Below, one piece after another: positions 21,701-38,100 of a stretch of DNA of 64,000 bases (position 1 is its first letter; every line of letters starts with the position of its first letter). Source of the stretch: the human T2T-CHM13v2.0 reference genome, Homo sapiens; NCBI RefSeq assembly GCF_009914755.1, contig NC_060945.1; one strand, given 5' to 3'. A model generated the notes under the pieces. That model had not been told where the DNA came from, made no database searches, and worked only from the letters and a program-made list of their open reading frames with translations. A program made the translations under genes and the position numbers.

Positions 21701-24700
21701 AAAAACTACTTTGTGATGTGTGCATTCATCTCACAGTGTTGAAATTTTCTTTTGATTGAGCAATTCTGAAATGCTGTTTTCATAGAATCTGCAAGTGGAT
21801 ATTCAGAGCGCTTTGAAGCCTACTGTGGAAGAACAAATATCTTCACATAAGAACTGCACTGAGGCATTCTGAGAAACTTCTTCATGATGTGTGCATTCAA
21901 CTCACATAGTTGAACCTATCTTTTGATTGGGCAGTATTGGATCTCTCTTCGTAGAATCTGCAATTGGATATTTGGTGCCCTTTGTGGCCTATGAATGAAA
22001 AGGAAATACCTTAAAAGAAAAGGTACACAGAAGCATTCAGAGAAACTTCTTCATGATGTGTGCATTCATCTCACAGAGGTGAACCTTTCATTTGATTGAG
22101 CAGTTTTGAAACACTCTCTTTGTAGAATCTGTAAGTGGATACTTGGAGCCTTTTGAGGCCTACTGTGGAAAAGGAAATATCTTCACATAAAAACTACACA
22201 GAAGATTTCTGGGAAACTTCCCTGGGATATGTGCATTCCTCTCACAGAGTTGAACATTTCTTTTGATTGAGCAGTTTGGAAACACTCTTTTTGAACCGTC
22301 TGCAAGTGGATATTTGGAGTAATTGAGGCCTACTCTGAAGAAGAAAATATCTTCACATAAAATCAACACAGAGGCATTCTGAGAAACTTCTATGAGATGT
22401 GTGCCTTCATCTCACAGAGTTGAACATTTCTTTTGATTGAGCAGTTTTGAAACAATCTTTTTGTAGGATCTGCAAGCAGATATTTGGAGCCCTTTGTGGC
22501 CTAAAGTGGAAAAGGAAATATCTTCAAATAAAAACTACACAGAAGCATTCTGAGGAACTTCTTTGTTATGTGTGCATTCAACTCACAGAGTTGAAATTAT
22601 CTTATGATTCAGCAGTTTTGAAACACTGTTTTTGTAGAATCTTCAAATGGATATTTGGAGCGTTTTGAGGCCTACTGTGGAAAAGCAAATATCTTCACAT
22701 AAAAACTTCACAGAAGAATTCTGGGAAACTTCTTTGTGATGTCTGCATTCATCTCACACAGCTGAACCTGTCTTATGATAGAGCAGTATTGAAACAATCT
22801 TTTTGTAGAATCCACAAGTGGATATTTGGAGTGTTTTGAGACCTATTTTGGAAAACAAAATATCTTAACATAAAAACTACACAAAAGTACCCTGATAAAC
22901 TTATTTGTGATGTGTGCATTTATCTCAGAGATTTGAAACTATCTTATGATTTAGCAGTTATGAAACACTCTATTTGTAGAATCTGCAAGTGGATATTTGG
23001 GGCCTTTTGAGGACTATTGTGGAAAAGGAAATATCTTCACATAAAAACAACACAGAAGCATTCTGAGAAACTTCTTTGTGATGGGTGCATTCATCTCACA
23101 GGGTTGAACCTATTTTATAATTCAGCAGTTTTGAAATACTCTATTTGTAGAATATGCAAGTGGATATTTGGAGCGCTTTGAGGCCAACAGTTGAACAGCA
23201 AATATATTTACATAAAAACTACACAGAAGCATTCTGAGAAACTTCTTTGTGATGTGTTCATTCATCTTACAGAGTTGAACCTTTCTTTTGATTGAGCAGT
23301 TTTGAAACACTCTTTGTGTAGAATCTGCATTTGGATATTTGGAGAACTTTGATGCATATTGTGGAAAAGGAAATATCTTCAAATAAAAACTACACAGTAG
23401 CATTCTGATAAACTTCTTTGTGAATTGTGAATTCCTCTCACAGAGTTTAACCTATGTTTTGTTTGAGCAGTTTTTAATCTCTTTTTGTAGAATCTGAACA
23501 GAGTGCTTTGAGGCCTATTGTGGAAAAGGAAATATCTTCACATAAAAATTTCACAGAAGTATTCTGAGAAACTACTGTCTGATGAGTGTATTCATCACAC
23601 AGGATGAACGTGTCTTTTGATTGAGCAGTATTGAAACACTGTTTTTGTATATTCTGCAAGTGGATATTTGGAACGCTTTGAGGCCTATTGTGGAAAAGAA
23701 AATATCTTCACTTAAAGACCACACAGAAGCATTCTGAGAAACTTCTTTGTGATGTGTACATTCAACTCACCGATGTGAATCTATCTTTTGATTAGCAGTT
23801 TTGAAACTCTCTTTTTGTAGTATCTGCAGTTGTATATTTGGAGCCCTTTGAGACCTATGATGGAAAAAGAAATGCCTTCATATGAAAACTACACAGAAGT
23901 ATTCTGAGAAACTCCTTTGTGATGTGTGCATTCAACTCACAGATTTGAACCTATCATTTGATTGAGCCATTTTGAAACTGTCTTTTTCTATTATCTGCAA
24001 GTGAATATTTCTAGCCTTTTGTGGCCTATTTTGGAAAAGGACATGCCTTCACATAAAAAACAAACAGAAGTATTCTGAGAAACTTCTTTGTGATGTGAGC
24101 ATTCATCTCACAGAGATGAACCTTTCTTTTGATTGAGCAGTTTTGAAAGAATCTTTTTGAAGTATCTGCAAGTGAATATTTGGAGCACTTTGAGGCCTAA
24201 TGTGTGGAAGAAATATCTTCACATAAAAACTACATAGAAGCTTTCTGAGAAACTTCTCTGTGATGTGTGCATTCAACTCATGGAGTTGAACCTATTTTTT
24301 CATTGAACAGTTTTGAAACTCTTTTTGTAGAATCTGCAAGTGGATATTTGGAGCCATTTGTGGCCTATGGTGGAAATGGGAATATCTTCAACTAAAAACT
24401 ACACAGAAGCATTCTGAGAAACTTCGTGGTGATGTGTGCATTCATCTCACAGAGATGAATCTTTCTTTTTCATTTAGCAGTTTTTAAACACTCTGTTTGT
24501 AGAATCTGCAAGTGGATAATTGGAGCACTTTGAGGCAAATAGTTGAAAAGAAAATATCTTCACATGAAATCTACACAGAAGCATTCCGAGAAACCTCTTC
24601 GTGAAGTGTGCTTTCATCTCACAGAGTTGAACCTTTCTTTTGATTGAGCAGTTTTGAAAAACTCTTTTTGTAGAATCTGCAAGTTGATATTTGGAGCGCT

Positions 24701-25980
24701 TAGGTTCCTATTGTGGAAAAGGAAATATCTTCACATAAAAGCTGCACAGAATCATTCTAAGAAAGTTCTGTGTGATGTGTGCATTCATCTCACAGTGTTG
24801 AACTTTTCTTTTCATTCAGCAGTTTTGAAACTTTCTTTTTGTAGAATCTGCAGGTGGATATTTGGAGCTCTTTGAGTCCTATGGTGGAAATGGAAATATC
24901 TTCACATAAAAACTACACAGAAGCATTATGAGAAACATCTTTGTTAACACAGAAGCATTCTGAGAAACATATTTGTTAAGTGTGCATTAAACTAACAGAG
25001 TTGAAACTATCTTTCGATTGAGCAGTTTTGAATCTCACTTTTTGTAGAATCTGCAAGAGGATATTTGGAGCCCTTTGCGGCCTACAGTGGAAAAGGACAT
25101 ACCTTCACATAAAAACTACAAAAAAGATTTCTGAGGACATTCTTTGTCATGTGTGCCTTCATCTCACGGAGTTGAACCTTTCTTTTGATTGAGCAGTTTG
25201 GAAACACTTTTTTTGTAGTATCTAAAGTGGATGATTGGATCGCTTTGAGGCCTATGGTGGAAAAGGAAATATCTTCACATGAGAACTACACAGAAGCATT
25301 CTGAGAAACTTCTCTGCAATGTGTGCATTCAACTCACAAGTTTGAACCTATCTTTTGATTCAGCAATTTTGAAACTCTCTTTTTGTAGAATCCGCAAGTG
25401 GATATTTGGAACTATTTGCTACCTATTGTGGAAAAGGAGATATCTTCACATAAAAACTACAGAGAAGCATTCTGAGAAACTTCTTTGTGATTTGTGCATT
25501 CATCTCACAGAGTTGAACCTTTCTTTTGATTAAGCAGTTATGAAACAGTCTTTTTAAAGGATCAGCAAGTGGATATTTGGAGGACTTTTAGGCCTATTGT
25601 GTAAAAGGAGATATCTTCACATAAAAACTAAGCAGAACCATTCTGAGAAACTACTTTGCAATGTGTGCATTCATCTCACAGAGTTGAAACTTTCTTTTGA
25701 TTGAGCAGTTTGGAAACACTCACTTTGTAGAATCTGCAAGTGGATATTTGGAGCGCTTTGTGGCCTATGGTGGAAATGGGTATACCTTCACATAAAAACT
25801 ATGTGGAAGTATTCAGAGAAACTTCTTTGTGATGTGTGCATACAACTCACAGAGTTGAAACTTTCGTTTGGTTGAGCAGTTTTGAAACTCTCTTTTTGTA
25901 GAATCTGCAAGTGGATATTTGGAGCCCTTTGTGGCCTATGGTGGAAAGGGAAATATTTTCACATAAAAACTACACAGAAG
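18701..25980 (+). repeat. Alpha satellite, monomeric ACTACAC stratum (left of the full-length L1)
   Basis: GTGGATATTTGGAG, AAAACTACACAGAAGCATTCTGAG, frequent GAACCTATCTT and CTATTGTGGAAAAGG. Confidence 0.95.
25965..25980 (+). repeat. Target-site duplication of the full-length L1 (left copy; right copy 32164-32179)
   Basis: AAAAACTACACAGAAG versus AAAAACTACACAGCAG (15/16). The cut site CAT/AAAAA fits the L1 endonuclease preference 5'-TTTT/A. Confidence 0.88.
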
Positions 25981-25993
25981 CCAACTGGCAAAT

Positions 25994-27029
25994 GAGGTGG
26001 CAGTCAAGATGGCCAAATAGGAACAGCTCTGTTCTACAGCTCCCAGCATGAGTGACACAGAAGATGAATGATTTCCTCATTTCCATCTGAGATACCTGGT
26101 TCATCCCACTAGGGAGTGCCAGACAGTTGGCGCAGGATAGTGGGTGCAGCGCACCATGTGTGGGCAGAAGCAGAGTGAGGCATTTCCTCACTTGGGAAGT
26201 GCAAGTGGTTAGGGAGTTCCCTTTCCTAGTCAAATAAAGGGGCGACAGACGGCACCTGGGAAATCCAGTCACTCCCACACTAATACTGTACTTTTTCAAT
26301 GGGCTTAAAAAATGGCGCACCAGGAGATTATATCCCACACCTTGCTTGGAGGGTCCTATGTCCACGGTGTCTCACTGATTGCTAGCACAGCAGTCTGTGA
26401 TCAAACTAAAAGGTGGCAGTGAAGCTGGGGGTGGGGCACCCCCCATTGCCCAGGCTTGCTTAGGTAAACAAAGCTGCTGGAAAGCTCGAAGTAGGTGTAG
26501 CCCACCACAGCTCTAGGAGACCTGCCTTCCTCTGTAGGCTCCACCTCTGGGGGCAGGGCACAGACAAACAAAAAGACAGCAGTAACCTCTGCAGACTTAA
26601 ATGTCCCTGTCTGACAGCTTTGAAGAGAGCAGTGGTTCTCCCAGCACACAGCTGGAGATCTGAGAATGGGCAGACTGCCTCCTCAAGTGGGTACCTGACC
26701 CCTGGACCCCGAGCAGCCTAACTGGGAGACACCCCTCAGTAGGGGCAGACTGACACCTCACATGGCCGGGTAGTCCTCTGAGACAAAATTTCCAGAGCAA
26801 AGATCAGACAGCAGCATTCGTGGTTCATGAAAATCCGCTGTTCTGCAGTCACAGCTGCTGATATCCAGGCAAACAGGATCTGGAGTGGACCTCCAGCAAA
26901 CTCCAACAGACCTGCAGCTGAGGGTCCTGTCTTTTAGAAGGAAAACTAACAAACAGAAAGGACATCCACACCAAAAACCCATCTGTATATCACCACCATA
27001 AAAGACCAAAAGTAGATAAAACCACAATG
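25994..27029 (+). promoter_or_regulatory. L1 5'UTR internal promoter with YY1 site (CAAGATGGCC, 26005-26014); CpG-decayed
   Basis: Position and sequence match the L1PA 5'UTR. YY1 core is intact and many CpGs have become TpG/CpA. Activity cannot be shown from sequence. Confidence 0.8.
26231..26446 (-). pseudogene. L1 antisense ORF0 relic with premature stop
   Basis: Manual translation from ATG 26446 gives MGGAPPPASLPPFSLITDCCASNQ*DTVDIGPSKQGVGYNLLVRHFLS..., matching primate ORF0 (MAGAPPPASLPPCSLISDCCASNQRDSVGVGPSEPGVGY...). TGA at 26374-26372. Lower coordinate approximate. Confidence 0.85.
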
Positions 27030-28044
27030 ATGGGGAAAAAACAGAGCAGAAAAACTAGAAACTCTAAAAACAGAGTGCCTCTCCTCCTCCAAAGGAATGC
27101 AGTTCCTCATAAGAAATGGAACAAAGCTGGACGGAGAATGACTTTGACGAGTTGAGAGAAGAAGGCTTCAGACAATCAAATTACTCGGAGCTACAGGAGG
27201 AAATTCAAACCAAAGGCAAAGAAGTTAAAAACATTGAAAAAATTTAGACGAATGTATAACTAGAATAACCAACACAGAGAAGTGCTTAAAGGAGCTGATG
27301 GAGCTGAAAGCCAAGGCTCCAGAACTACATGAAAAATGCAGAAGCCTCAGGAGCAGATACGATCAACTGGAAGAAAAGGTATCAGTGATGGAAGTTGAAA
27401 TAAATGAAATAAAGTGAGAAGGGAAGTTTAGAGAAAAAAGAATAAAAAGAAATGAACAAAGACTGCAAGAAATATGGGACTATGTGAAAAGACCAAATCT
27501 ACGTCTGATTGGTGTACCTGAAAGTGATGTGGAGAATGGAACCAAGTTGGAAAACACTCTGCAGGATATTATCCAGGAGAACTTCCCCAATCTATCAAGG
27601 CAGGCCAACATTCAGATTCAGAAAATACAGAGAATGCCACAAAGGTACTCCTCGAGAAGAGCAACTCCAAGACAAATAATTGTCAGATTCACCAAAGTTG
27701 AAATAAAGGAAAAAATGTTAAGGGCAGCCAGAGAGAAAGGTGGTGTTACCCTCAAAGGGAAGCCCATCAGACTAACAGCAGATCTCTTGGCAGAAACTCT
27801 ACAAGCCAGATGAGAGTGTGGGCCAATATTCAACATTTTTAAAGAAAAGAATTTTCAACCCAGAATTTCATATCCAGCCAAACTAAGCTTCATAAGTGAA
27901 GGAGAAATAAAATACTTTACAGACAATCAAATGCTGAGAGATTGTGTCACCACCAGGCCTGCCCTAAAAGAGCTCCTGAAGGAAGAACTAAACATGGAAA
28001 GAAACAACCAGTACCAGCCAGTGCAAAATCATGCCAAATTGTAA
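27030..28044 (+). pseudogene. L1 ORF1p, disrupted
   Basis: ATGGGGAAAAAACAG at 27030 and GCCAAATTGTAA end. Only a 109-aa piece (KRPNLRLIGVPESD...AETLQAR) stays open. Confidence 0.93.
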
Positions 28045-28107
28045 AGTCCACTGTGGCTAGTAAGAAACTGCATCAACTAACGAGCAAAATAACCAAAAAA
28101 CATCATA

Positions 28108-31932
<3,825 letters not shown>

Positions 31933-32163
31933 GCGATGAGAACACATGGACACAGGAAGGGGAACATCACACTCTGGGGACTGATGTGGGGTGGGGGTAG
32001 GGGGGAGGGAGAGCATTAGGAGATATACCTAATGCTAAATGACGAGTTAATGGATGCAGCACACCAACATGGCACATGTACACATATGTAACTAACCTGC
32101 ACAATGTGCACATGTACCCTAAAACTTAAAGTATAATAATAATAAAATAAATTAAATTTAAAA

Positions 32164-35100
32164 AAAAACTACACAGCAGTACTCTGAGAAACTTCTTTGT
32201 GATGAATGCATGCAACTCTCAGAGTTGAACATATCTTTTGATTGAACAGTTTTGAAAATATATTTTTGTAGAATCTGGAAGTGGATATATGGAGCCCTTT
32301 GCGGCCTATAGTGCAAAAGGAAACATCTTCACATAAAACCTACACAGAAGCGTTCTGAGAAATTTCTTGGTGATGTGTGCATTCATCTCACAGAGTTGAA
32401 TATTTCTTTTGATTGTGCAGCTTGAAATACTGTTTTTGTGGAATCTGCAAGTGGATACTTGGAGTGTTATGTGGCCTATTGTGGAAAACGAAATACCGTC
32501 ACATAAAAACTTCACGGAAGCATTCTGAGAAACTTCTTTGTTATATGTGTATTCAACTCACAGAGTTGAACCTGTCTTTTTAAAGAGCAATTTTGAAACT
32601 GTCTTTTTGTAGAATCTGCAAGTGGATATATGGAGCCCTTTGTGACCTATGGTGTAAAAGGAAATATCTTCACAAAAAAACTACACAGAAGCATTCTGAG
32701 AAACTTCTCTGTGAAGGGTTCATTCATCTCACAGACTTGAACCTTTCTTTTGTTTGAGCAGTTTGGAAACTTTTTTTTGTAGAATCAGTAAGTGGATATT
32801 TGGAAGGCTTAGGGGACTATTGTGGAAAAGGAAATATCTTCACATAAAAACTACACAGAAGCATTCTGAGAAGCTTCTTTGCGATGTGTGCATTCATCTG
32901 ACAGAGTTGAAACTTTCTTTAAGCAGTTTGGAAACACTCTTTTTGTAGAATCTGCAAGTGGATATTTGGAGCCCTTTGAGGCTTATGGTGGAAAAGGAAA
33001 TATCTTCAGATAAACACTACACAGGAGCATTCTGAAAAACTGCTTTGTGATGTGTGCATTCATCTCACAGAGTTGAATTTTTCTTTTGATTGAGCAGTTT
33101 TGAAACGCCCTTTTCGTGGAATGTGAAAGTGGATATTTGGAGGGTTTTGAGGCCTACGGTGGAAAAGGAAATATCTTCACATAAAAACTACAAAGAAGGA
33201 TTCTGAGAAACTTATTTGTGATGTATGCAATCAACTCACAGACTTGAACATATCTTTGGATTGAGCAGCTTTGAAACTGTCTTTTTGTGCAATCTGCAAG
33301 TGGATATTTTGAGCCCTTTGTGGCCTATGGTGAAAAAGGAAATATCTTCAGATAAAAACTACAAAGAAGCATTCTGAGAAACTTCTTTGTGATGTGTACA
33401 TTCATCTCACAGAATAGGAACTTTCTTTTGATTGAGCAGTTATGAAATACCCTTTTTGTAGAATGATCATGTGGATATTTTGAGGGCTTTGAGGCCTACT
33501 GTGGAGAAGTTAATATCTTCACATCAAAACTACTCAGAATCATTCTGAGAAACTTCTTTGCGATGTGCGAATTCATCCGACTGACTTCAACCTTTCTTTT
33601 GTTTGGGCAGTTTAGAAACACTCTTTTTATAGAATCTGCAAGTGAATATTTGGAGGGAATTGAGGCCTATGGCTGAAAAGGAAATATCTTTACATAAAAA
33701 CTACACAAAAGCATTCTGAGAAACTTCTTTGTGATGTGTGCATTCAAATCACAGAGCTAAACCTATCTTTTGATTGACCAGTTTTGAAACTCTCTTTTGT
33801 AGAATCTGCAAGTGGATATTTGGAGTGCTTTGAGGCCTATTGTGGAAAAGAAAATATCCTCACATAAAAACTACACAGAAGCATTCTGAGAAACTTCTTT
33901 GTGATGTGTGCATTCATCTCAAGGAGTTGAACGTTTCTTTTGATTGTGCAGCTTGGAAACACTGTTTTTGTAGAATCCGCAAGTGGATATTTGGAGTGCT
34001 ATGTGGCCTATGATGGAAAAGGAAATATCTTCACGTAAAAACTTCACAGAAGCATTCTGAGAAACTTCTTTGTTATGTTTGTATTCAAGTCACATAGTTG
34101 AACCTATCTTTTGATACAGCAGTTTTGAAACTCTCTTTTTGTAGAATCTGCAAGTGGATATTGGGAACCCTTTGCAGCCTATGGTGTAAAAGGAAATATC
34201 CTCACATAAAAACTACACAGAAGCATCCTGAGAAACTTCTTTGTGATGTGTGCATTCATCTCACAGAGTTGAACTTTTCTTTTGATTGTGCAGTTTGGAA
34301 ACACTCCTTTTGTAGAATCTGTACGTGGATATTTGGAGGGTTTTGAGTCCTACGGTGGTAAAGAAAATGTCGTCACATGAAAAATACACAGAGGCATTCT
34401 GAGAAACTTCTTTGTGACGTGTGGATTCATCTCCCAGAGTTGAACCTATCGTTTGATTAAGAAGTTTTGAAACTCTCTTTTTGTAGAACCTGCAAGTGGA
34501 TATTTGGAGCCATTTGCAGCCTCTGGTGTAAAAGGAAATATCTTCACTTTAAAACTACACAGAAACATTCTGAGAAACTTCTTTGTGACGTGTGCATTCA
34601 TCTCACAGATTTGAAATTTTCTGTTGATTCAGCAGTTTTGAGACACTTTTTTTTTGTAGAATCTGCAGTTGGATATTTGGAGCGCTTTAAGGCCTATTGT
34701 GGAAAAGGAAATATCTCCACATAAAAACTATACAGAAACATTCTGAGAAACTTCTATGCGATGTGTGCATTCATCTGACAGAGTTGAACCTTTCTTTAGT
34801 TTGAGCAGTTTGGAAACACTCTTTTTGTAGAATCTGCAATTTAATACTTGGAGCACTTTGAAGACTACAGTGGAAAAGGAAATACCTTCACATAAAAACT
34901 ACACAAAACTATTGTGACAAGCTTCTTTGTGGTGTGTGCATTCAACTCACAGGGTTGAACCTATCTTTTGATTGACCAGTTTTGAGACTCTCTTTTTGTA
35001 GAATCTGCAAGTGAATATTAGGAAATCCTTGTAGCCTATGGTGGAAAAGGAAATATCTTCACATAAAAACTACACAGAAGCATTCTGAGAAACTTCTTTG

Positions 35101-38100
35101 TAATGTGAGCATTCATCTCACAGATTTGCACCTTTATTTGATTGAGCAGTTTGAAACTCTCTTTTTCTGTAATCCGCCAGTGTATATTTGGAGCATTTTG
35201 TGGCCTATGGTAGAAAAGGAAATATCTTCTCATAAAAAGTACACAGAAGCATTCTGAGAAACTTCTCTGTGATGTATTCATTCTACTCACAGAGTTGAAC
35301 CTATTTTTTGATTGAGCAGTTTTGTAATTATCTTTTTCAATAATCTGCAAGTGGATATTGGGAGTCCTTTGTGGCCTAATAAGGAAAAGGAAGTATCTTC
35401 ACACAAAAACTACACAGAAGAATTTTGAGAAACTTCTTTGTGATGTGTGCATTCATCTCAGAGTGTTCAACGTTTCTTTTGATTGAGTCGTTTGGAAACA
35501 CTCTTTTTGCAGAATGTGCAAGTTGATATTTGTAGCGCTTTGAGGCCTCCAGTGGAAAAGGAAATATCTTCACATAAAAACTACACAGAAGCATTCTGAG
35601 AAATTTCTCTGTGATCTGTGCATTCAACTCACAGGGTTGAATCTATCTTTTGATTGACCAGTTTTGAGTCTCTCTTTCTGTGGAATCTGCAAGTGGATAT
35701 TTAAAGCCCTTTGTGGCCTATGGTGGAAAAAGAAATATCATCACATAAAAACTACACAGAAGCATTCTGAGAAAGTTTTTGTGATGTGTGCATTCATCTC
35801 ACGGAGTTGAGCCTATCTTTTGATTGGGCAGTTTTGAAACTCTCTTTTTGAAGAATCTGGAATGAGTATTTGGAGGCCTTTGTGGCATATGGTGCAAAAG
35901 GAAATATCTTCACATAAAAACTACACAGAAGCATTCTGAGAAACTTCTCTGTGATGTGTGCATTCAACTCACAGAGTTGAAGCTACCTTTGATTGAACAG
36001 TTTTGAATCTCTCTTTTTGTAGAATCTGCAAGTGGAAGTTTGGAGCCCTTTGCGGCCAATGGTGGAAAAGGAGATATCTTCAAATGAAAACTACACAGAA
36101 ATATTCTGAGAAACTTCCTGTTGTGTGCATTCATCTCACACACTTGAACCTATCTTTTGATTGAGCAGTTTTGAAACCCTCTGTTTGTAGAATCTGAAAG
36201 TGGATATCTGGAGCGCTTTGGTGCCTATTGTGGGAAAGGAAATATCATCACAAAAAAACTACACGGAAACATTCTGAGAAACTTCTTTGTGATGTATGCA
36301 TTCATCTCACAGAGTTGAACCTTTCTGTCGATTCAGCAGTTTTCACATTCTTTTTGTAGAATCTGCAAGTGGATATTTGGAGCGCTTTGAGGCCTATGGT
36401 GGAAAAGGAAATATCTTCACAGAAAAATTACACAGAAGCATTCTGAGGAAGTTCTTTGTGATGTGTGCATTCATCTGTCAAAGTTGAACATTTCTTTTGT
36501 TTGAGCAGTTTGGGATCACTCTTTTTGTAGAATCTGCAAGTGGATATTTGGAGCATTTTGGAGTCTATGGTGTAAAAGTAAATATCTACACATAAAAACT
36601 ACACAGAAGAATTCTGAGAAAATTCTTTGTGATGTGTGCATTCTTCTCACAGAGTTGAATCCATCTTATCATTGAGCAGTTTTGAGACACTCTTTTTGTA
36701 GAAACTGCAAGTGGATATTTGGAGTGCTTTGAGGTCTATTGAATAAAAGAAACTATCTTCATATAAAAACTACACAGAATCATTCTGAGAAACTTCATTG
36801 TGATGAGTGCATTCATAACACAGAGTTAAACCTATTTTTGATTCAGTAGTTTTGAATCTCTCTTTTTGTATAATCTGCAAGTAGATATTTGGAGCCCTTT
36901 TCAGCCTATGGAGGAAAAGGAAATATCTTGAAATAAAAACTACATGGAAGCATTCTGAGAATCTTCTTTGTGATGTGTGCATTCATCCCACAGTGTTAAA
37001 CCTTTCTTTTGGTAGAGCAGTTTTCAAACACTGTTTTTGAAAAATCTGCAAGAGGATATTTTGAGCTCTTTGAGGCCTATTGTGGACAAGTAAATATGTT
37101 CACAGAAAAACTATAAAGAGGCATTCTGAGTAACTTCATTTGATGTGTAAATTCACTGAACAGAGATGAACCTATCTTATGATTGAGCAGTTTTGAAACA
37201 CTCTCTTTGTATAATCTTCCAGTTGATATTTGAAGCGCTTTGAGGTCTATTGTGGAAAAGAAATATCTTCACATAAAAAGTGCATAGAAGCATTCTGATA
37301 ATCTTCTTTGTGATGTGTGCATTCATCTCACAGAGTTGAACCTTTCTTTTGTTAGAGCAGTTTTGAAACACGGTTTTTGTAAAATCTGCAAGAGGATATT
37401 TTGAGCGCTTTGATGCCTATTGTGGAAAAGTAAATATTTCCACACAAAACCTATGCAGAGGCATTCTGAGTAACTTCTTTGTGATGTGTGCATTCATCTC
37501 ACAGAGTTGAACCTTTCTTTTGATTGAGCAGTTTTGAAACACTCTTTCTGTAGAATCTGCAAGTGGATATTTTGAACACTTTGAGGACTACAGTGGAAAA
37601 GGAAATATCTTCACATAAAAACTACACAGAAGCATTCTGAGAAACTTCTTCATCATGTGAGCATTCAACACACAGAGTTGAACCTATCTTTTCATAGAGC
37701 AGTTTTGAATCTCTCTTTTTGTAGAATCTACAAGAGGATATTTGGATACCTTTGCAGCCTATAGAGGAAAAGGAAATATCTTCAAATAAACACTACACAG
37801 GAGGATTCTAAGAAACTTCTTTATGATATGTGCATTCATTTGACATAGTTGAATCTTTCTTTTGATTGAGCAGTTTTGAAACTCAGTTTTTGTAGAATCT
37901 GCAAGTGGATATTTGGAGCCATTTGAGGCCTACTGTGGAAAAACAAATATCTTCACATAAAAACCACACAGAGGCATTCTGAGAAACTTCTTTGTGATGT
38001 GTGCATTCATCTCACAGTGTTGAAATTTTCTTTTGATTGAGCAGTTTTGGTTCTCTCTTTTTCTAGAATCTGGAATTGGATATTTGGAGCCTCTTGCGGT

